Source: Candidatus Doudnabacteria bacterium RIFCSPHIGHO2_02_FULL_42_25
GTDB taxonomy: Bacteria > Patescibacteriota > Doudnabacteria > UBA920 > O2-02-FULL-48-8
Reading direction: 5' to 3'
Assembly (NCBI GenBank): GCA_001777665.1
Contig: MFEQ01000006.1
Span: forward strand, 24,309-88,308
DNA length: 64,000 nt
In this document: piece by piece, positions 16,659-26,518 of the stretch
Layout: the number at the start of each line of letters is the position of its first letter
How positions within the stretch are numbered: position 1 is the stretch's first letter
Notes under the pieces: generated by a model
Databases searched by the model: none
What the model saw: the letters and a program-made list of their open reading frames with translations, nothing else
Told to the model about the DNA's origin: nothing
Translations under genes and position numbers: made by a program

Positions 16659-19193
16659 TTAGAGAGACCGTTCTACTGCGGCTGGGCCAGTCTCTGCAGG
16701 AGACCCCAATTGTGTCCGTTTGAGAATTTCATCATACACTTCAGATCGAGGTTTTCCGTATTTCAAACGCGACAAATTACGAATAACCTGGGCGGATTGC
16801 TTATCAGCTCCATCTGGTTTTGGATAAGTCTCCATATTAAATGGGCGGGAAGCTGTGCCATTGATCATCAATTTCACATAGGCATTAAATCGATCAATGT
16901 TGATAACATCAAACTGATTAAACACCGGTGCAAATTCTTTAGCCATAATTTCCGCATCTTCGACACCGATCCGGAAAGCAGTAATCGTGCCGGTATTGCC
17001 AAACACCGCGTCTTTCATGCGAGTATCCAGAGCGGAGGAACCTTCTTTTTCCTGGGCAAGTTGAGAAATAAACTGATGAGCCATGATCAAATTGAGCCTG
17101 TACTTACGAGCCTCTGATAGAATAGTCGCGAAGCTATCCGTCACAAAGTTTTGAAATTCATCGACATAGAGATAAAAGTCTCGTCGATTTTGTTCTGGAA
17201 TATCAGCTCTAGAAAGCGCGGCCATCTGGAGTTTCGAAACAATTATCAATCCCAGCAATTTGGCATTGACTTCTCCGGTTTTGCCTTTCGATAAATTGAT
17301 CAGCAAAATTTTACCTTCATCCATGACTTGCCGGAAATCAAATGCTGAATGCGGCTGGCCAATGATATTTCGCATCATTTCGTTTTCCACGAACCGACCG
17401 ACTTTAGAAATCAAATAACCCAGCATCTCTGATTTATGGAAATCAGAAGTTTTCGCCATTTCTTTTTCCCAAAAACTTCTCACTATCGGATCTTTGACTT
17501 TTGCGACTTTGTATTTCTGGAAATTCACATCAGTAAACATCCGTGGAATATCAGCAATTGTCCCCGGATATTGCTGATCTTCCATCAGAGTCAGCATGAC
17601 ATTGCGCATATTATGCTCAAACATCGGTCCGATAGTCTCTGGTGGGAAAAGTTTGTAGAAAATCGCAATCATTTCCTGAATCATGAAATCTTTTTGGGAT
17701 GGATCCTTGGCTTCGAGCATATTTAATCCGAGCGGACGATCCATATCAAACGGTTCAAACAAAATCACATCTTCAGCCCGTTCTTTCGGAATATATTGCA
17801 GTACATCTTCCACCAGATCACCGTGTGGGTCCACGATACAGATCCCTTCGCCATTTCGAATATCTTGGATGGCCATGTTTTTGAGTAATTCAGTTTTACC
17901 AGTACCAGTGCGCCCAATAATATACATGTGTCTCGTCCGATCCTCTCTCTGGATCCGAATTTTCGTATCTACGCCGCGATAGAGGTTGTGGCCGAGCAAC
18001 ACACCTTCAGCCGGGACATTGGTCGGGGCCGGTGCTTTTTTGGCTGCGACCCACTTGATATTCGGAGTTTCCAGATATGCTGTAGGCAGATGCCAGATAG
18101 ACGCCAATTCTTCGGTATTGAGAATCGCGGAAGTGTTTCGGAAAACTCGGAAAATATAATCAGAGATTACTTGTTGAGGTTTGCGTCGCAACACTTGAAA
18201 GCCATTGAACGGCGGCATAGAGTACTGCATAAATGAAGATAGAATATTTCGGAGGTTACTCTGGGCCATTTCTTGGCTGGGCGCAGAGCTGACCACGCGC
18301 AAATTAAATTTGTAACCAGGACGCGACGCTTTTTCTTCAAACTTTTTTATCATTTCCTGCTGCATCGGGGTCAGATGCAGCGGTTTGTTCATCCCTGAAC
18401 GATCCATGTACCCCATTTGTTGTTGCTGCGGTTTACCAGAATTCATAAATGAATTAAATGCTTCGCTGAAAAGTTTGAAAAATCCATTCATGCCTTTCAT
18501 TGCCATCGACGATGTAACCACATCAGGATTGCGACCTTGTTGAATTTCCAATGCATAATGCCGAGGTTTAGATTGCCAATGATCAGTGGAAGGACTGATC
18601 AGAAGCTGGATCGCAGCACCTTCGGTTTCTGTAAGTTTGGATAAACTGTTCGTCAGAGCATTCAAAGGATCAGTTTCCATGACTTTGTATGTCCGAACTG
18701 GAAAAGCGTAATCTTTCTGCAACGATAACTCCGCGGCAGTCACTACAGAATCTTTGCCGAAAATATTATAGGGTTTGATAACTTCAATATTCGCTTTTGA
18801 ATATTGAGCATGTAACTGTTTCTCGATTAAATCTTGCAAGTGCTTGGGCGTATTAATAAAAAATGAAATTTTCTTGGCATGGGCCGCGATTTCGACACTG
18901 ATATATTCATTGATCCCCAAAAAACTACTAACTCCGCGATCTTGGTGGGTCGTGATAGTCGTGAAGAACTGCTCGGCGATGGCTATCATTTCTTTTTCTT
19001 GCTTCTGTGGCTCTTTTTCCGGATCAGAATTTTCTTTTGGGATCGATACTTCGAGGAATACTGATTTCAAAACTCTTGGCGCCCAGGTTTTTTTCCGTAA
19101 GACATCGATAAAAACGTAATACAAAAGCAACCCACCCATTCCTAGGATGGCGATCAGTATCACCCAAAAAATTATCATTGCTGGACTAGACAT
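16659..19193 (-). CDS. VirD4/TraG/TraD-like type IV secretion coupling protein (T4CP) ATPase
   Basis: N-terminal TM helix. Walker A IIGRTGTGKT followed by ICIVDPHGDL (T4CP DPKG-like motif). Walker B LYVDEFQNF. 844 aa. Confidence 0.55.
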   Translation of the reverse strand: MSSPAMIIFWVILIAILGMGGLLLYYVFIDVLRKKTWAPRVLKSVFLEVSIPKENSDPEKEPQKQEKEMIAIAEQFFTTITTHQDRGVSSFLGINEYISVEIAAHAKKISFFINTPKHLQDLIEKQLHAQYSKANIEVIKPYNIFGKDSVVTAAELSLQKDYAFPVRTYKVMETDPLNALTNSLSKLTETEGAAIQLLISPSTDHWQSKPRHYALEIQQGRNPDVVTSSMAMKGMNGFFKLFSEAFNSFMNSGKPQQQQMGYMDRSGMNKPLHLTPMQQEMIKKFEEKASRPGYKFNLRVVSSAPSQEMAQSNLRNILSSFMQYSMPPFNGFQVLRRKPQQVISDYIFRVFRNTSAILNTEELASIWHLPTAYLETPNIKWVAAKKAPAPTNVPAEGVLLGHNLYRGVDTKIRIQREDRTRHMYIIGRTGTGKTELLKNMAIQDIRNGEGICIVDPHGDLVEDVLQYIPKERAEDVILFEPFDMDRPLGLNMLEAKDPSQKDFMIQEMIAIFYKLFPPETIGPMFEHNMRNVMLTLMEDQQYPGTIADIPRMFTDVNFQKYKVAKVKDPIVRSFWEKEMAKTSDFHKSEMLGYLISKVGRFVENEMMRNIIGQPHSAFDFRQVMDEGKILLINLSKGKTGEVNAKLLGLIIVSKLQMAALSRADIPEQNRRDFYLYVDEFQNFVTDSFATILSEARKYRLNLIMAHQFISQLAQEKEGSSALDTRMKDAVFGNTGTITAFRIGVEDAEIMAKEFAPVFNQFDVINIDRFNAYVKLMINGTASRPFNMETYPKPDGADKQSAQVIRNLSRLKYGKPRSEVYDEILKRTQLGSPAETGPAAVERSL

Positions 19194-19831
19194 CAGTTTG
19201 TAAACTTAAAAGTCGAAAGGATTTGATCAAAATCCAGTATTAAGTTCTCCTGATTATAAAAATGCGAATCAGACCCTAGTCTTAGGATATAAATTTTATT
19301 ATTGTTTGGTAAAAAAACATAAATAACTGCACCTCCTTCACCATCATATTTCTGTTTAAGGCCAATTTTATCATCTACTCTAAGCTCATTTTGCTGAAAG
19401 GAAAAACCGACTTCACTTTCATTGAGTATTTTGTCTATTTCATCTTTTGAATTATATTGTTCAGAACTTGTAAGCCATTGAGTTAGATTTAAATTCGACA
19501 AATTATTTTCTGTACTGATCTCTAATCCCGAAAACTCATCAATATCAAATATTATAGTTTTATCATCAGAGGAAATTATAAAATAACTTGGATATTTAAA
19601 CTCAAATCCATAATCTGTATTTGTATAAGTTTTCCAATCTGACGGAACGTCAGATTGCTCCGACCGAAGCGTCGGAGCTTCTTGACTGATCTCTGACTTT
19701 TTTATCTCCTGCCACCAGAAATATGAACCTGCGATTAATACTAAAAGCAAAACTCCAAGGACGGTATACAAAACCTTGTGGTTTAATACTGGATGGTTTG
19801 GTGGAATTGGGTTTTGGTTTTCTATTTGCAT
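19193..19831 (-). CDS. Membrane-anchored hypothetical protein, paralog 1 (shares ITQIAPTLRSEQSDVPSDWKTYTNT(E/D)YGFEFKYP module with next gene)
   Basis: N-terminal TM helix. About 90-nt stretch nearly identical to 20731-20810. Confidence 0.45.
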   Translation of the reverse strand: MQIENQNPIPPNHPVLNHKVLYTVLGVLLLVLIAGSYFWWQEIKKSEISQEAPTLRSEQSDVPSDWKTYTNTDYGFEFKYPSYFIISSDDKTIIFDIDEFSGLEISTENNLSNLNLTQWLTSSEQYNSKDEIDKILNESEVGFSFQQNELRVDDKIGLKQKYDGEGGAVIYVFLPNNNKIYILRLGSDSHFYNQENLILDFDQILSTFKFTN

Positions 19832-19843
19832 TGTTTATTATTT

Positions 19844-19919
19844 TAACCATTTCGACCCCGGACTTGATCCGGGGGAGAAATCGCTCTTGGGAGGGATCTC
19901 TCTCTTCGTTCGAGATGGG
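19844..19919 (+). repeat. ccatttcga...GGAGGGATCTCTCTCTTCGTTCGAGATGG element, copy B
   Basis: ttttaaccatttcga + hairpin ccccggacttgatccgggg + gagaaatcg + gggagggatctctctcttcgttcgagatggg. Confidence 0.7.
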
Positions 19920-19967
19920 AATCTACGTAGTTAACTACGTAATAAATTTTGTTTTTCTATTTGCACA

Positions 19968-21017
19968 TTAATTCGCGAATTTAAAAGTCGAAAGCAATTT
20001 ATTTGCATCAATTAATGCGCCCTCTCCACCATTATAAACATCTAAGTTAATCTCATTATCTTCTCCCCAACTTGATGGGTAATTCGTTAGTTGAATTGAA
20101 ATGGTCTCTATGAGCTGGTTCGGGCACTTAATCATTCGCGGGCATTCGTAGCGCTTTGCTGAAAATCCTGCAAATTTAGTTTCTTCGATAGGAACATTCG
20201 CTCCTATGTCGAAAACACTTTCTCTTCCAATATTTTCTGCGGCAATTTCAAATTCTACGTACACGGTACCATTTTCTTCGTTAGCCAAGTAAGCACTCGT
20301 TCTGTCGCCAACTGATCTTACCTGCCAATATTCATTGGGAAAAATAAATTCATACCCATATTTATAACTAATAAACTTTTTATAAAAACCTGTAGTAACT
20401 ATCGAGTACTCATTAATCTTAATAGTCGAAAGGACTGGCAGTATAATTTTAGGGTTACCAGAAAATGTCAAAACATTTTCACCAGATTTAATTTCATAAT
20501 TTCCTGTTTCATGTCCACCTTGACCTCCCGAATAATAAGTAAATTCATAACCGTTTATTGCCTCTTTGTTTACACTTTGTGGGTCAGCCGTATTTAAATA
20601 TGATTCCCAACTAAACCAAAGGTCTATATCTCCCTCGAACAGAGGATTTTCCATCTTTTGTTTAGTCTCGGCTGAAATAAAACCTACTGCGTGAGGATCA
20701 AGATAAATTTCCCAGTCATTGGGATATTTAAACTCAAATCCATATTCGGTATTCGTATAAGTTTTCCAATCTGACGGAACGTCAGATTGCTCCGACCGAA
20801 GCGTCGGAGCAATCTGAGTGATCGCTGCTTCCTTCTTTAACTCATACCACCAATCGACAGAGCCAATCACCACGACAAAAAGCAGGACCCCGATAGTGGT
20901 CCAGAGAACTTTCGTTGTAAATAGTTTTAGTATTTCGTCGAGTTTGTTTTTATTTTCCATTGTGTTTATTTCAATTTTATTCTCCCCCTCGAGGGGGAGA
21001 CAGAACCAAGAATTCAA
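19968..21017 (-). CDS. Membrane-anchored hypothetical protein, paralog 2 (349 aa from ORF-track TTG; an internal ATG near 20961 is an alternative start)
   Basis: Same signal-anchor + APTLRSEQSDVPSDWKTYTNTEYGFEFKYP module as paralog 1. 5' region contains palindrome tctccccctcgagggggaga. Confidence 0.45.
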   Translation of the reverse strand: MNSWFCLPLEGENKIEINTMENKNKLDEILKLFTTKVLWTTIGVLLFVVVIGSVDWWYELKKEAAITQIAPTLRSEQSDVPSDWKTYTNTEYGFEFKYPNDWEIYLDPHAVGFISAETKQKMENPLFEGDIDLWFSWESYLNTADPQSVNKEAINGYEFTYYSGGQGGHETGNYEIKSGENVLTFSGNPKIILPVLSTIKINEYSIVTTGFYKKFISYKYGYEFIFPNEYWQVRSVGDRTSAYLANEENGTVYVEFEIAAENIGRESVFDIGANVPIEETKFAGFSAKRYECPRMIKCPNQLIETISIQLTNYPSSWGEDNEINLDVYNGGEGALIDANKLLSTFKFAN

Positions 21018-21039
21018 CTGCAGTCTAAGGCTTAGGATA

Positions 21040-21085
21040 TAACCCCTCCTAACCTCCCCTTATATTAAGGGGAGGAACAACTGCA
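21040..21085 (-). repeat. gcagttgttcctccccttaatataaggggaggttaggaggggttat element (reverse orientation) in the 5' leader of paralog 2
   Basis: Reverse complement is about 95% identical over about 46 nt to 60616-60669. Confidence 0.75.
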
Positions 21086-21088
21086 AGT

Positions 21089-21514
21089 TTAGGCTGCCTT
21101 CGGAATTTCGCCTTTTCCTATTTCATCTATTCGGGCACGAGCCTCCATTGCTTGATTAGGAGTGAATTTACCAGTTGTTACTCCTTGCATCCAACTAGTT
21201 AAAACTACGTTTTTTTCATCCGAGGTTTTGGCTGCTTCAAGTTCGGCAATCATTTTATCTATTACATCCTCATCTGGGCTTTTCACCTTCTTGACTTGCT
21301 CGAATTTTGGCTCAACTTTCAAAGCATTACTATCTACATCATCTTTTAATCTTTGCATTTCTGCCTCTGTAGACCAACCGCGACTTACCCCAGCCCCCTC
21401 TTTTTCTTTGACATTAGCAAATTCAGCAGCGGTTTCTTGCTGCTTTTTCATAGCTTCTATAGCCTCTGGACTCAATTCAGAATCAGGGCGTTTAAATGGT
21501 AATTTTTCGGCCAT
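21089..21514 (-). CDS. Hypothetical charged protein (141 aa)
   Basis: ORF only. Confidence 0.35.
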   Translation of the reverse strand: MAEKLPFKRPDSELSPEAIEAMKKQQETAAEFANVKEKEGAGVSRGWSTEAEMQRLKDDVDSNALKVEPKFEQVKKVKSPDEDVIDKMIAELEAAKTSDEKNVVLTSWMQGVTTGKFTPNQAMEARARIDEIGKGEIPKAA

Positions 21515-21656
21515 AACGGAGAATTATATACTAATTTTTGGTTTCTGGCAACCCCATGATATTTGCTAAATTATAACATAATTGGTATGCTTTAAGCAAA
21601 GTTTTTCGTATTTTCGTAAGTTTTCGTACTTCGTAGACAGAAACAAAAGCTTCAAC

Positions 21657-22589
21657 ATGAGCCTGAAAATAATTCATACCAAAAATTTACGTTGGATCGA
21701 CATCGTCGGACCTGAAGACAGCGATCTCACCTATCTCAAAGAACACTTCAAATTTCACCCGCTTGATTTTGAAGATATCATCACGCCATCGATCCGGACA
21801 AAAATCGACGAATATCCGGCCTACCATTTCATCGTTTTGCTTTTTCCATACTATAGTAAAGAAAACAATGAAATCCGTTCAGTGGAGGTTGATTTTTTGA
21901 TCGGTCCGGATTATGTGATCACTATTCACAATGGCAAAATGAAAACTCTGAACAACCTGGTACACAACGCGCAGCAGTACGACCAGACCCGGAATGCGAT
22001 GATGATGCAAGGATCAGGATTTTTGCTGTTTACTATTTTGGAAGCATTGTTCAAAAGAAGCTCTCCGATTCTGGACCACATCAATCGAGAAGTCCTAAGT
22101 GCCGAGAAAAATGTGTTCCAACTTGACATCAAAACTTTGGAAAAATTATCTGAACTTAAAAAAAACATCATCATCTACCGCCGTATCGTAAAAATGCACC
22201 GTTATGTTTTAAACAAAATTCTGCACTCTTCAAATGACTATCTGAAATTCAAAGACCACAAAACTTATTTTCAGGATTTGATCGAATACGGAGAAAACAT
22301 TTGGAACGTGCTGTCTTCTGACAAAGAAAGTGTGGAGAGCTTCGAAGAAACCAACCAATCTCTAGGCACGCATCGTATCAATGATATTTTGCAAGTCTTA
22401 ACAGTCCTCTCTGTTGTTTTAGCAGCACTAAATTTGATTACAAATATTTTGGTATTTATGGAACGAACCAACATCGAAGAAAACTACGGTCTGTCGAACG
22501 ATTTATACTTAATCAGCTTCATCACTGGCTTCATGTTTGTTGTTACCATAACCATGCTTTATTACTTCCGTAAACGCCGCTGGTTGTAA
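21657..22589 (+). CDS. corA: CorA-family Mg2+/Co2+ transporter
   Basis: Two C-terminal TM helices; typical CorA N-terminal WIDI..P motif. Start moved to ATG 21657 (MSLKIIHT). Confidence 0.65.
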   Translation: MSLKIIHTKNLRWIDIVGPEDSDLTYLKEHFKFHPLDFEDIITPSIRTKIDEYPAYHFIVLLFPYYSKENNEIRSVEVDFLIGPDYVITIHNGKMKTLNNLVHNAQQYDQTRNAMMMQGSGFLLFTILEALFKRSSPILDHINREVLSAEKNVFQLDIKTLEKLSELKKNIIIYRRIVKMHRYVLNKILHSSNDYLKFKDHKTYFQDLIEYGENIWNVLSSDKESVESFEETNQSLGTHRINDILQVLTVLSVVLAALNLITNILVFMERTNIEENYGLSNDLYLISFITGFMFVVTITMLYYFRKRRWL

Positions 22590-22600
22590 AATTAGTTATT

Positions 22601-22628
22601 TGCTACCATACTTGGTAGTATGGTAGCA
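22601..22628. promoter_or_regulatory. Palindromic operator-like site TGCTACCATACT-tggt-AGTATGGTAGCA upstream of the TrpR-like gene
   Basis: Perfect 12-bp inverted arms, 4-bp spacer, about 29 nt upstream of ATG 22657. Second degenerate copy at 23186-23213 upstream of cysS. Confidence 0.5.
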
Positions 22629-22656
22629 TTTTGCTCAAGTATTAAAAGCTAAACAA

Positions 22657-23175
22657 ATGTCAAAGTTTCCACGAGTTTTAACTAAAAAAGAACAAGAAGA
22701 ACTCTTTATAGAATTTGCGCAAGCCCTCGCGAGTTTGCATTCGGCTGTAGAAATGGCAAATTTTATCAAAGATCTATTATCGGAACCAGAAACAATGATG
22801 TTGGCACGAAGATTGCAAATAGCAAAATTGCTCTATAAAGGTTTGAATTACCGAGAGATAAAAGAAGAGTTGAAGGTCAGTTTCGGCACAATTGCTAGAG
22901 TTCAGACTTGGATGCAAATATACGGGGAGGGCTATCGGACAGTTCTTGAACGAGTCAGCCGAAAAAAATATGACCCTACAAAAGATGTCTCTGACTGGAA
23001 AAAGGTTAAGCGCCGATATCCTTTATACTTTTGGCCGGAATTACTATTAGATGAGATAATAAAATCATCGAATAAAAAACAAAAGCAAAAACTTTTGGCT
23101 GTATTGGCAAAGCAAAAAGAAAAAACCGGTTTAAGTAAAGAGTTGGAACATATTCTCAAAAGCGCTCAACTCTAA
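22657..23175 (+). CDS. TrpR-like YerC/YecD-family HTH protein
   Basis: LSEPETMMLARRLQIAKLL..GLNYREIKEELKVSFGTIARV matches TrpR/YerC HTH. Confidence 0.5.
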   Translation: MSKFPRVLTKKEQEELFIEFAQALASLHSAVEMANFIKDLLSEPETMMLARRLQIAKLLYKGLNYREIKEELKVSFGTIARVQTWMQIYGEGYRTVLERVSRKKYDPTKDVSDWKKVKRRYPLYFWPELLLDEIIKSSNKKQKQKLLAVLAKQKEKTGLSKELEHILKSAQL

Positions 23176-23185
23176 TTTAGCAATT

Positions 23186-23213
23186 TGCTACCATACTTGG
23201 TAGTATGAGAGCA
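23186..23213. promoter_or_regulatory. Second (degenerate) copy of the TGCTACCATACT palindrome, upstream of cysS
   Basis: tgctaccatacttggtagtatgagagca; two mismatches in the right arm. Confidence 0.4.
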
Positions 23214-23269
23214 TTTAGCTAGTTCATCGAATTAATTAAAATTTATTTAAAATTTGTTATAATAGAGCA

Positions 23270-24664
23270 ATGTTGAAGCTATTTAATTCCCTAACACGAA
23301 AAATTGAAGAATTTAAGCCCATAACCGACAAAGCAGTCGGTCTTTATACTTGTGGTCCCACAGTTTATAACTATGCGCATGTAGGCAATCTTCGGACATA
23401 TCTGTTTGAAGACTTCTTGAGACGCGCTTTGGAATATAATGGTTACACAGTTAAACACGTAATGAATATTACTGACGTTGGACACTTAACCGGCGATCAA
23501 GACTTTGGGGAAGATAAGATGGAAAAAGAAGGTGGGTCAGTGGAGGAGATTCTAAACTTGGCAAAAAAATATACGGATGCCTTTCTGGCTGATCTCAAAA
23601 CGCTGAATATCTTGCAAGCTGAAACACTGGCTCCAGCAACTGAATATATCCCGCAACAAATTAAATTAATTGAAAAACTTTTTCAAAAAGAAATCGCTTA
23701 CGAGACTGAATTGGCTATTTATTTTGACGTTTCAAAATTTGAAAATTACGGACAACTCACTGGTCAAAAAATGGAAGATAAAAAAGTTGGGGCCAGATCA
23801 GATGTTGTAGTAGATAAAAATAAAAAACACCCTGCGGATTTTGCACTCTGGTTTAAACTAGCTGGGAAGTACAAAAATCATCTTTTACGATGGGATTCGC
23901 CGTGGGGGCAAGGCTTTCCTGGCTGGCATATAGAATGTTCTGCTATTTCTGAACATTTTTTGGGACAACCTTTTGATATTCATACTGGGGGCATCGACCA
24001 TCTTTTTCCACATCACACAAATGAGATAGCTCAAAGCGAAGGAGCTAACGATAAGCCCTTAGCTAATTATTGGCTCCATGGTGAGCACCTTTTGATCCGT
24101 GAAGGTAGAATGGGAAAATCTGAAGGTAATATCTTAACTTTGTCAGCTTTGGTAGACAAAGGCTTTAACCCTCTCGCCTATCGATATTTAGTTTTGACCT
24201 CTCATTATCGCAGTAAATTAAATTTTACTGAAGAAAGTCTGACTGGCGCCCAACATGCGTTAAATAATCTTTACCAAGAGATTTCTAATTACGACGAACC
24301 CAAAGTTGGTTGCGCCCAGTTTGAAGAAGATTTTTTAAATGCTGTTAATAATGATCTGGATACGCCGAAAGCCCTGGCAATTATGTGGGATCTTATCAAA
24401 ACTGACGAGTTCCCAACCTCGGCGAAAGCTCAAACCTTGTTTAAATTTGATGAGATTTTAGGTCTGAAAATGAAAGCAGTCTGGGAAGCAGCCAAAGTCA
24501 TACCCGATGTGGTCCACAAATTAATCGACGAGCGTGAAGTAGCGCGCAAATCAAAAGATTTCGTCCGCTCCGATGAATTACGCCGAGCCATCGAATCCAA
24601 TGGTTACATCGTCGAGGATACTCTCGATGGCTTTCGAGTCAAGAAAAAATTTGACAAAAATTGA
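23270..24664 (+). CDS. cysS: Cysteine--tRNA ligase
   Basis: Class I HIGH-type (HVGN) and KMSKS-type (RMGKS) motifs; CysS-like zinc ligands. Confidence 0.85.
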   Translation: MLKLFNSLTRKIEEFKPITDKAVGLYTCGPTVYNYAHVGNLRTYLFEDFLRRALEYNGYTVKHVMNITDVGHLTGDQDFGEDKMEKEGGSVEEILNLAKKYTDAFLADLKTLNILQAETLAPATEYIPQQIKLIEKLFQKEIAYETELAIYFDVSKFENYGQLTGQKMEDKKVGARSDVVVDKNKKHPADFALWFKLAGKYKNHLLRWDSPWGQGFPGWHIECSAISEHFLGQPFDIHTGGIDHLFPHHTNEIAQSEGANDKPLANYWLHGEHLLIREGRMGKSEGNILTLSALVDKGFNPLAYRYLVLTSHYRSKLNFTEESLTGAQHALNNLYQEISNYDEPKVGCAQFEEDFLNAVNNDLDTPKALAIMWDLIKTDEFPTSAKAQTLFKFDEILGLKMKAVWEAAKVIPDVVHKLIDEREVARKSKDFVRSDELRRAIESNGYIVEDTLDGFRVKKKFDKN

Positions 24665-24985
24665 GCTTGGGTGTATAATTATTTTAATAATTTGTATCAA
24701 CTAGGCGGCCCAGGGCCGTTTTTATGTTTTCATTTTCTTTTCTTCATCTTCTTTAAGTCGAAGGGGCGAGCACTTTGGCAAGAAAACTAGCTTTCGCAGG
24801 TCGCGTGGGGCGACCGAGAACGCAGGCTGCAAAAATTGGCTTTCCAATGCCGATTTTTGACAGCCGTTAGTTTTTTGCCAAAATGCGAGCAAAGCTTCGA
24901 CTTTATCCCCACTGTCCACAGTTTCCACAGGGTTGCTAAATATTTTTGTACAATCTAATAATTAGAGTACGTTTTAAAGTCAAGC

Positions 24986-26401
24986 ATGCCTAAAAAGTCA
25001 GCCGAAATCAAACCGACGGAAAATTACATCAATCGTATCCCGCCACAAAATAAAGAAGCCGAACAATCTGTTTTGGGCTCTTTATTGCTAGATCGTGATG
25101 CTGTGATCAAAATCGCGGATTTAATCACTGCTGATGATTTTTACGAAGATAAACACAAGGTAATCTATCTGGCGATCTTAGCGCTTTATGACGAACGGTC
25201 TTCCATCGATATTTTAACTGTATCAAACAAGCTCGATGAAGGTCACAGTTTAGATAAAATCGGAGGTATGAGTTACCTTACGACTCTGGTCAACTCTGTC
25301 CCTTCTAGCGCTCACATAGTGCACTATGCCAACATCATCCGTCGAAAAGGCACTCTCCGAAGACTGATCTCGGCTTCTACAGATATCGTGGGCCTGGGTT
25401 ACCAAGAAGATCTGGATCTCGAGTCGCTGCTTGATCAAGCTGAACAAAAATTATTTTCAGTATCCCAAAAATACCTCAAACAAAACTTCATCGCTTTATC
25501 AGAAATTCTGCATGAAACTTTTGATCGTATCGATGAACTACACAGGGAAAAAGGAAAATTACGCGGCGTGCCGACTGGGTTCACTGACCTCGATAATAAA
25601 TTGGGCGGCTTACAAAAATCCGATTTGGTGATTCTCGCCGCTCGTCCATCAATGGGTAAAACTTCATTGGCTCTCGACATCGTCCGCCAAGTCGCTATGA
25701 ATGAAAACAAAGCTGTGGCCATATTTTCTCTGGAAATGAGTAAAGATCAATTAGTGGACCGATTGTTGGCTGCTGAAGCTGATGTTGATCTTTGGAAAAT
25801 GCGCACTGGCAAACTCAATGATTTAGGTCCCGATAACGACTTTGAACGCATCGGGCACGCGCTCGGCAGACTGTCTGAAGCACCTATTTACATAGATGAC
25901 TCGGGAGCATTAAATATAATGGAGCTGCGCACCAAAGCTCGGAGACTACAAGCAGAACACGATCTCGATCTAATCGTGGTTGATTATCTGCAGTTAATGC
26001 AAGGCCGTAGCACAGAGAATCGTGTCCAAGAAGTATCTGAAATTTCCCGATCTCTGAAAATCCTGGCCAAAGAATTAAACGTACCGGTGCTTGCACTGTC
26101 CCAGTTATCTCGTGCAGTTGAACAGCGCGGCGGCGACAAAAAACCACAGCTCTCTGATTTACGCGAATCAGGATCGATCGAACAGGACGCTGATGTGGTA
26201 ATGTTTATTTACCGTGATGAAATGTACTCGGGCAAAGACTCGAAAAAGCCTCATATCGCTGAAATTTTGATCCGTAAGCACCGCAATGGACCGACTGGCG
26301 ACGTGGAATTGTTCTTCGATGCTGAAAAGACATCGTTTAAGAATCTGGCTAAATCCCCTCCTCCAATCGAGGAAGCTATGATGGAACAAATAATGGAATA
26401 G
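24986..26401 (+). CDS. dnaB: Replicative DNA helicase
   Basis: DnaB N-terminal domain plus RecA-like domain with Walker A ARPSMGKTS; 471 aa. Confidence 0.85.
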   Translation: MPKKSAEIKPTENYINRIPPQNKEAEQSVLGSLLLDRDAVIKIADLITADDFYEDKHKVIYLAILALYDERSSIDILTVSNKLDEGHSLDKIGGMSYLTTLVNSVPSSAHIVHYANIIRRKGTLRRLISASTDIVGLGYQEDLDLESLLDQAEQKLFSVSQKYLKQNFIALSEILHETFDRIDELHREKGKLRGVPTGFTDLDNKLGGLQKSDLVILAARPSMGKTSLALDIVRQVAMNENKAVAIFSLEMSKDQLVDRLLAAEADVDLWKMRTGKLNDLGPDNDFERIGHALGRLSEAPIYIDDSGALNIMELRTKARRLQAEHDLDLIVVDYLQLMQGRSTENRVQEVSEISRSLKILAKELNVPVLALSQLSRAVEQRGGDKKPQLSDLRESGSIEQDADVVMFIYRDEMYSGKDSKKPHIAEILIRKHRNGPTGDVELFFDAEKTSFKNLAKSPPPIEEAMMEQIME

Positions 26402-26508
26402 CGCTCGGAATAAAATTTTTATGCACCGGCCATAAAATTCTGCTGAATTTTTGGCCTACGCGCTCGGTCCGTCGACCTGCGCGAGTTGCTAAAAATTTAT
26501 TCCTCGCT
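26402..26508 (+). ncRNA. Candidate structured RNA (about 105 nt), copy 1 of a two-copy family with compensatory changes
   Basis: Conserved core accggccRtaaaattctgctgaattttYggcctacgcgctcggtccgtcgacctgcgcgagtt. Closing stems differ between copies but are each self-complementary. A/G and T/C substitutions maintain a base pair in the ggccRtaaaattc hairpin. Confidence 0.45.
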
Positions 26509-26518
26509 CAAGGTTTAA

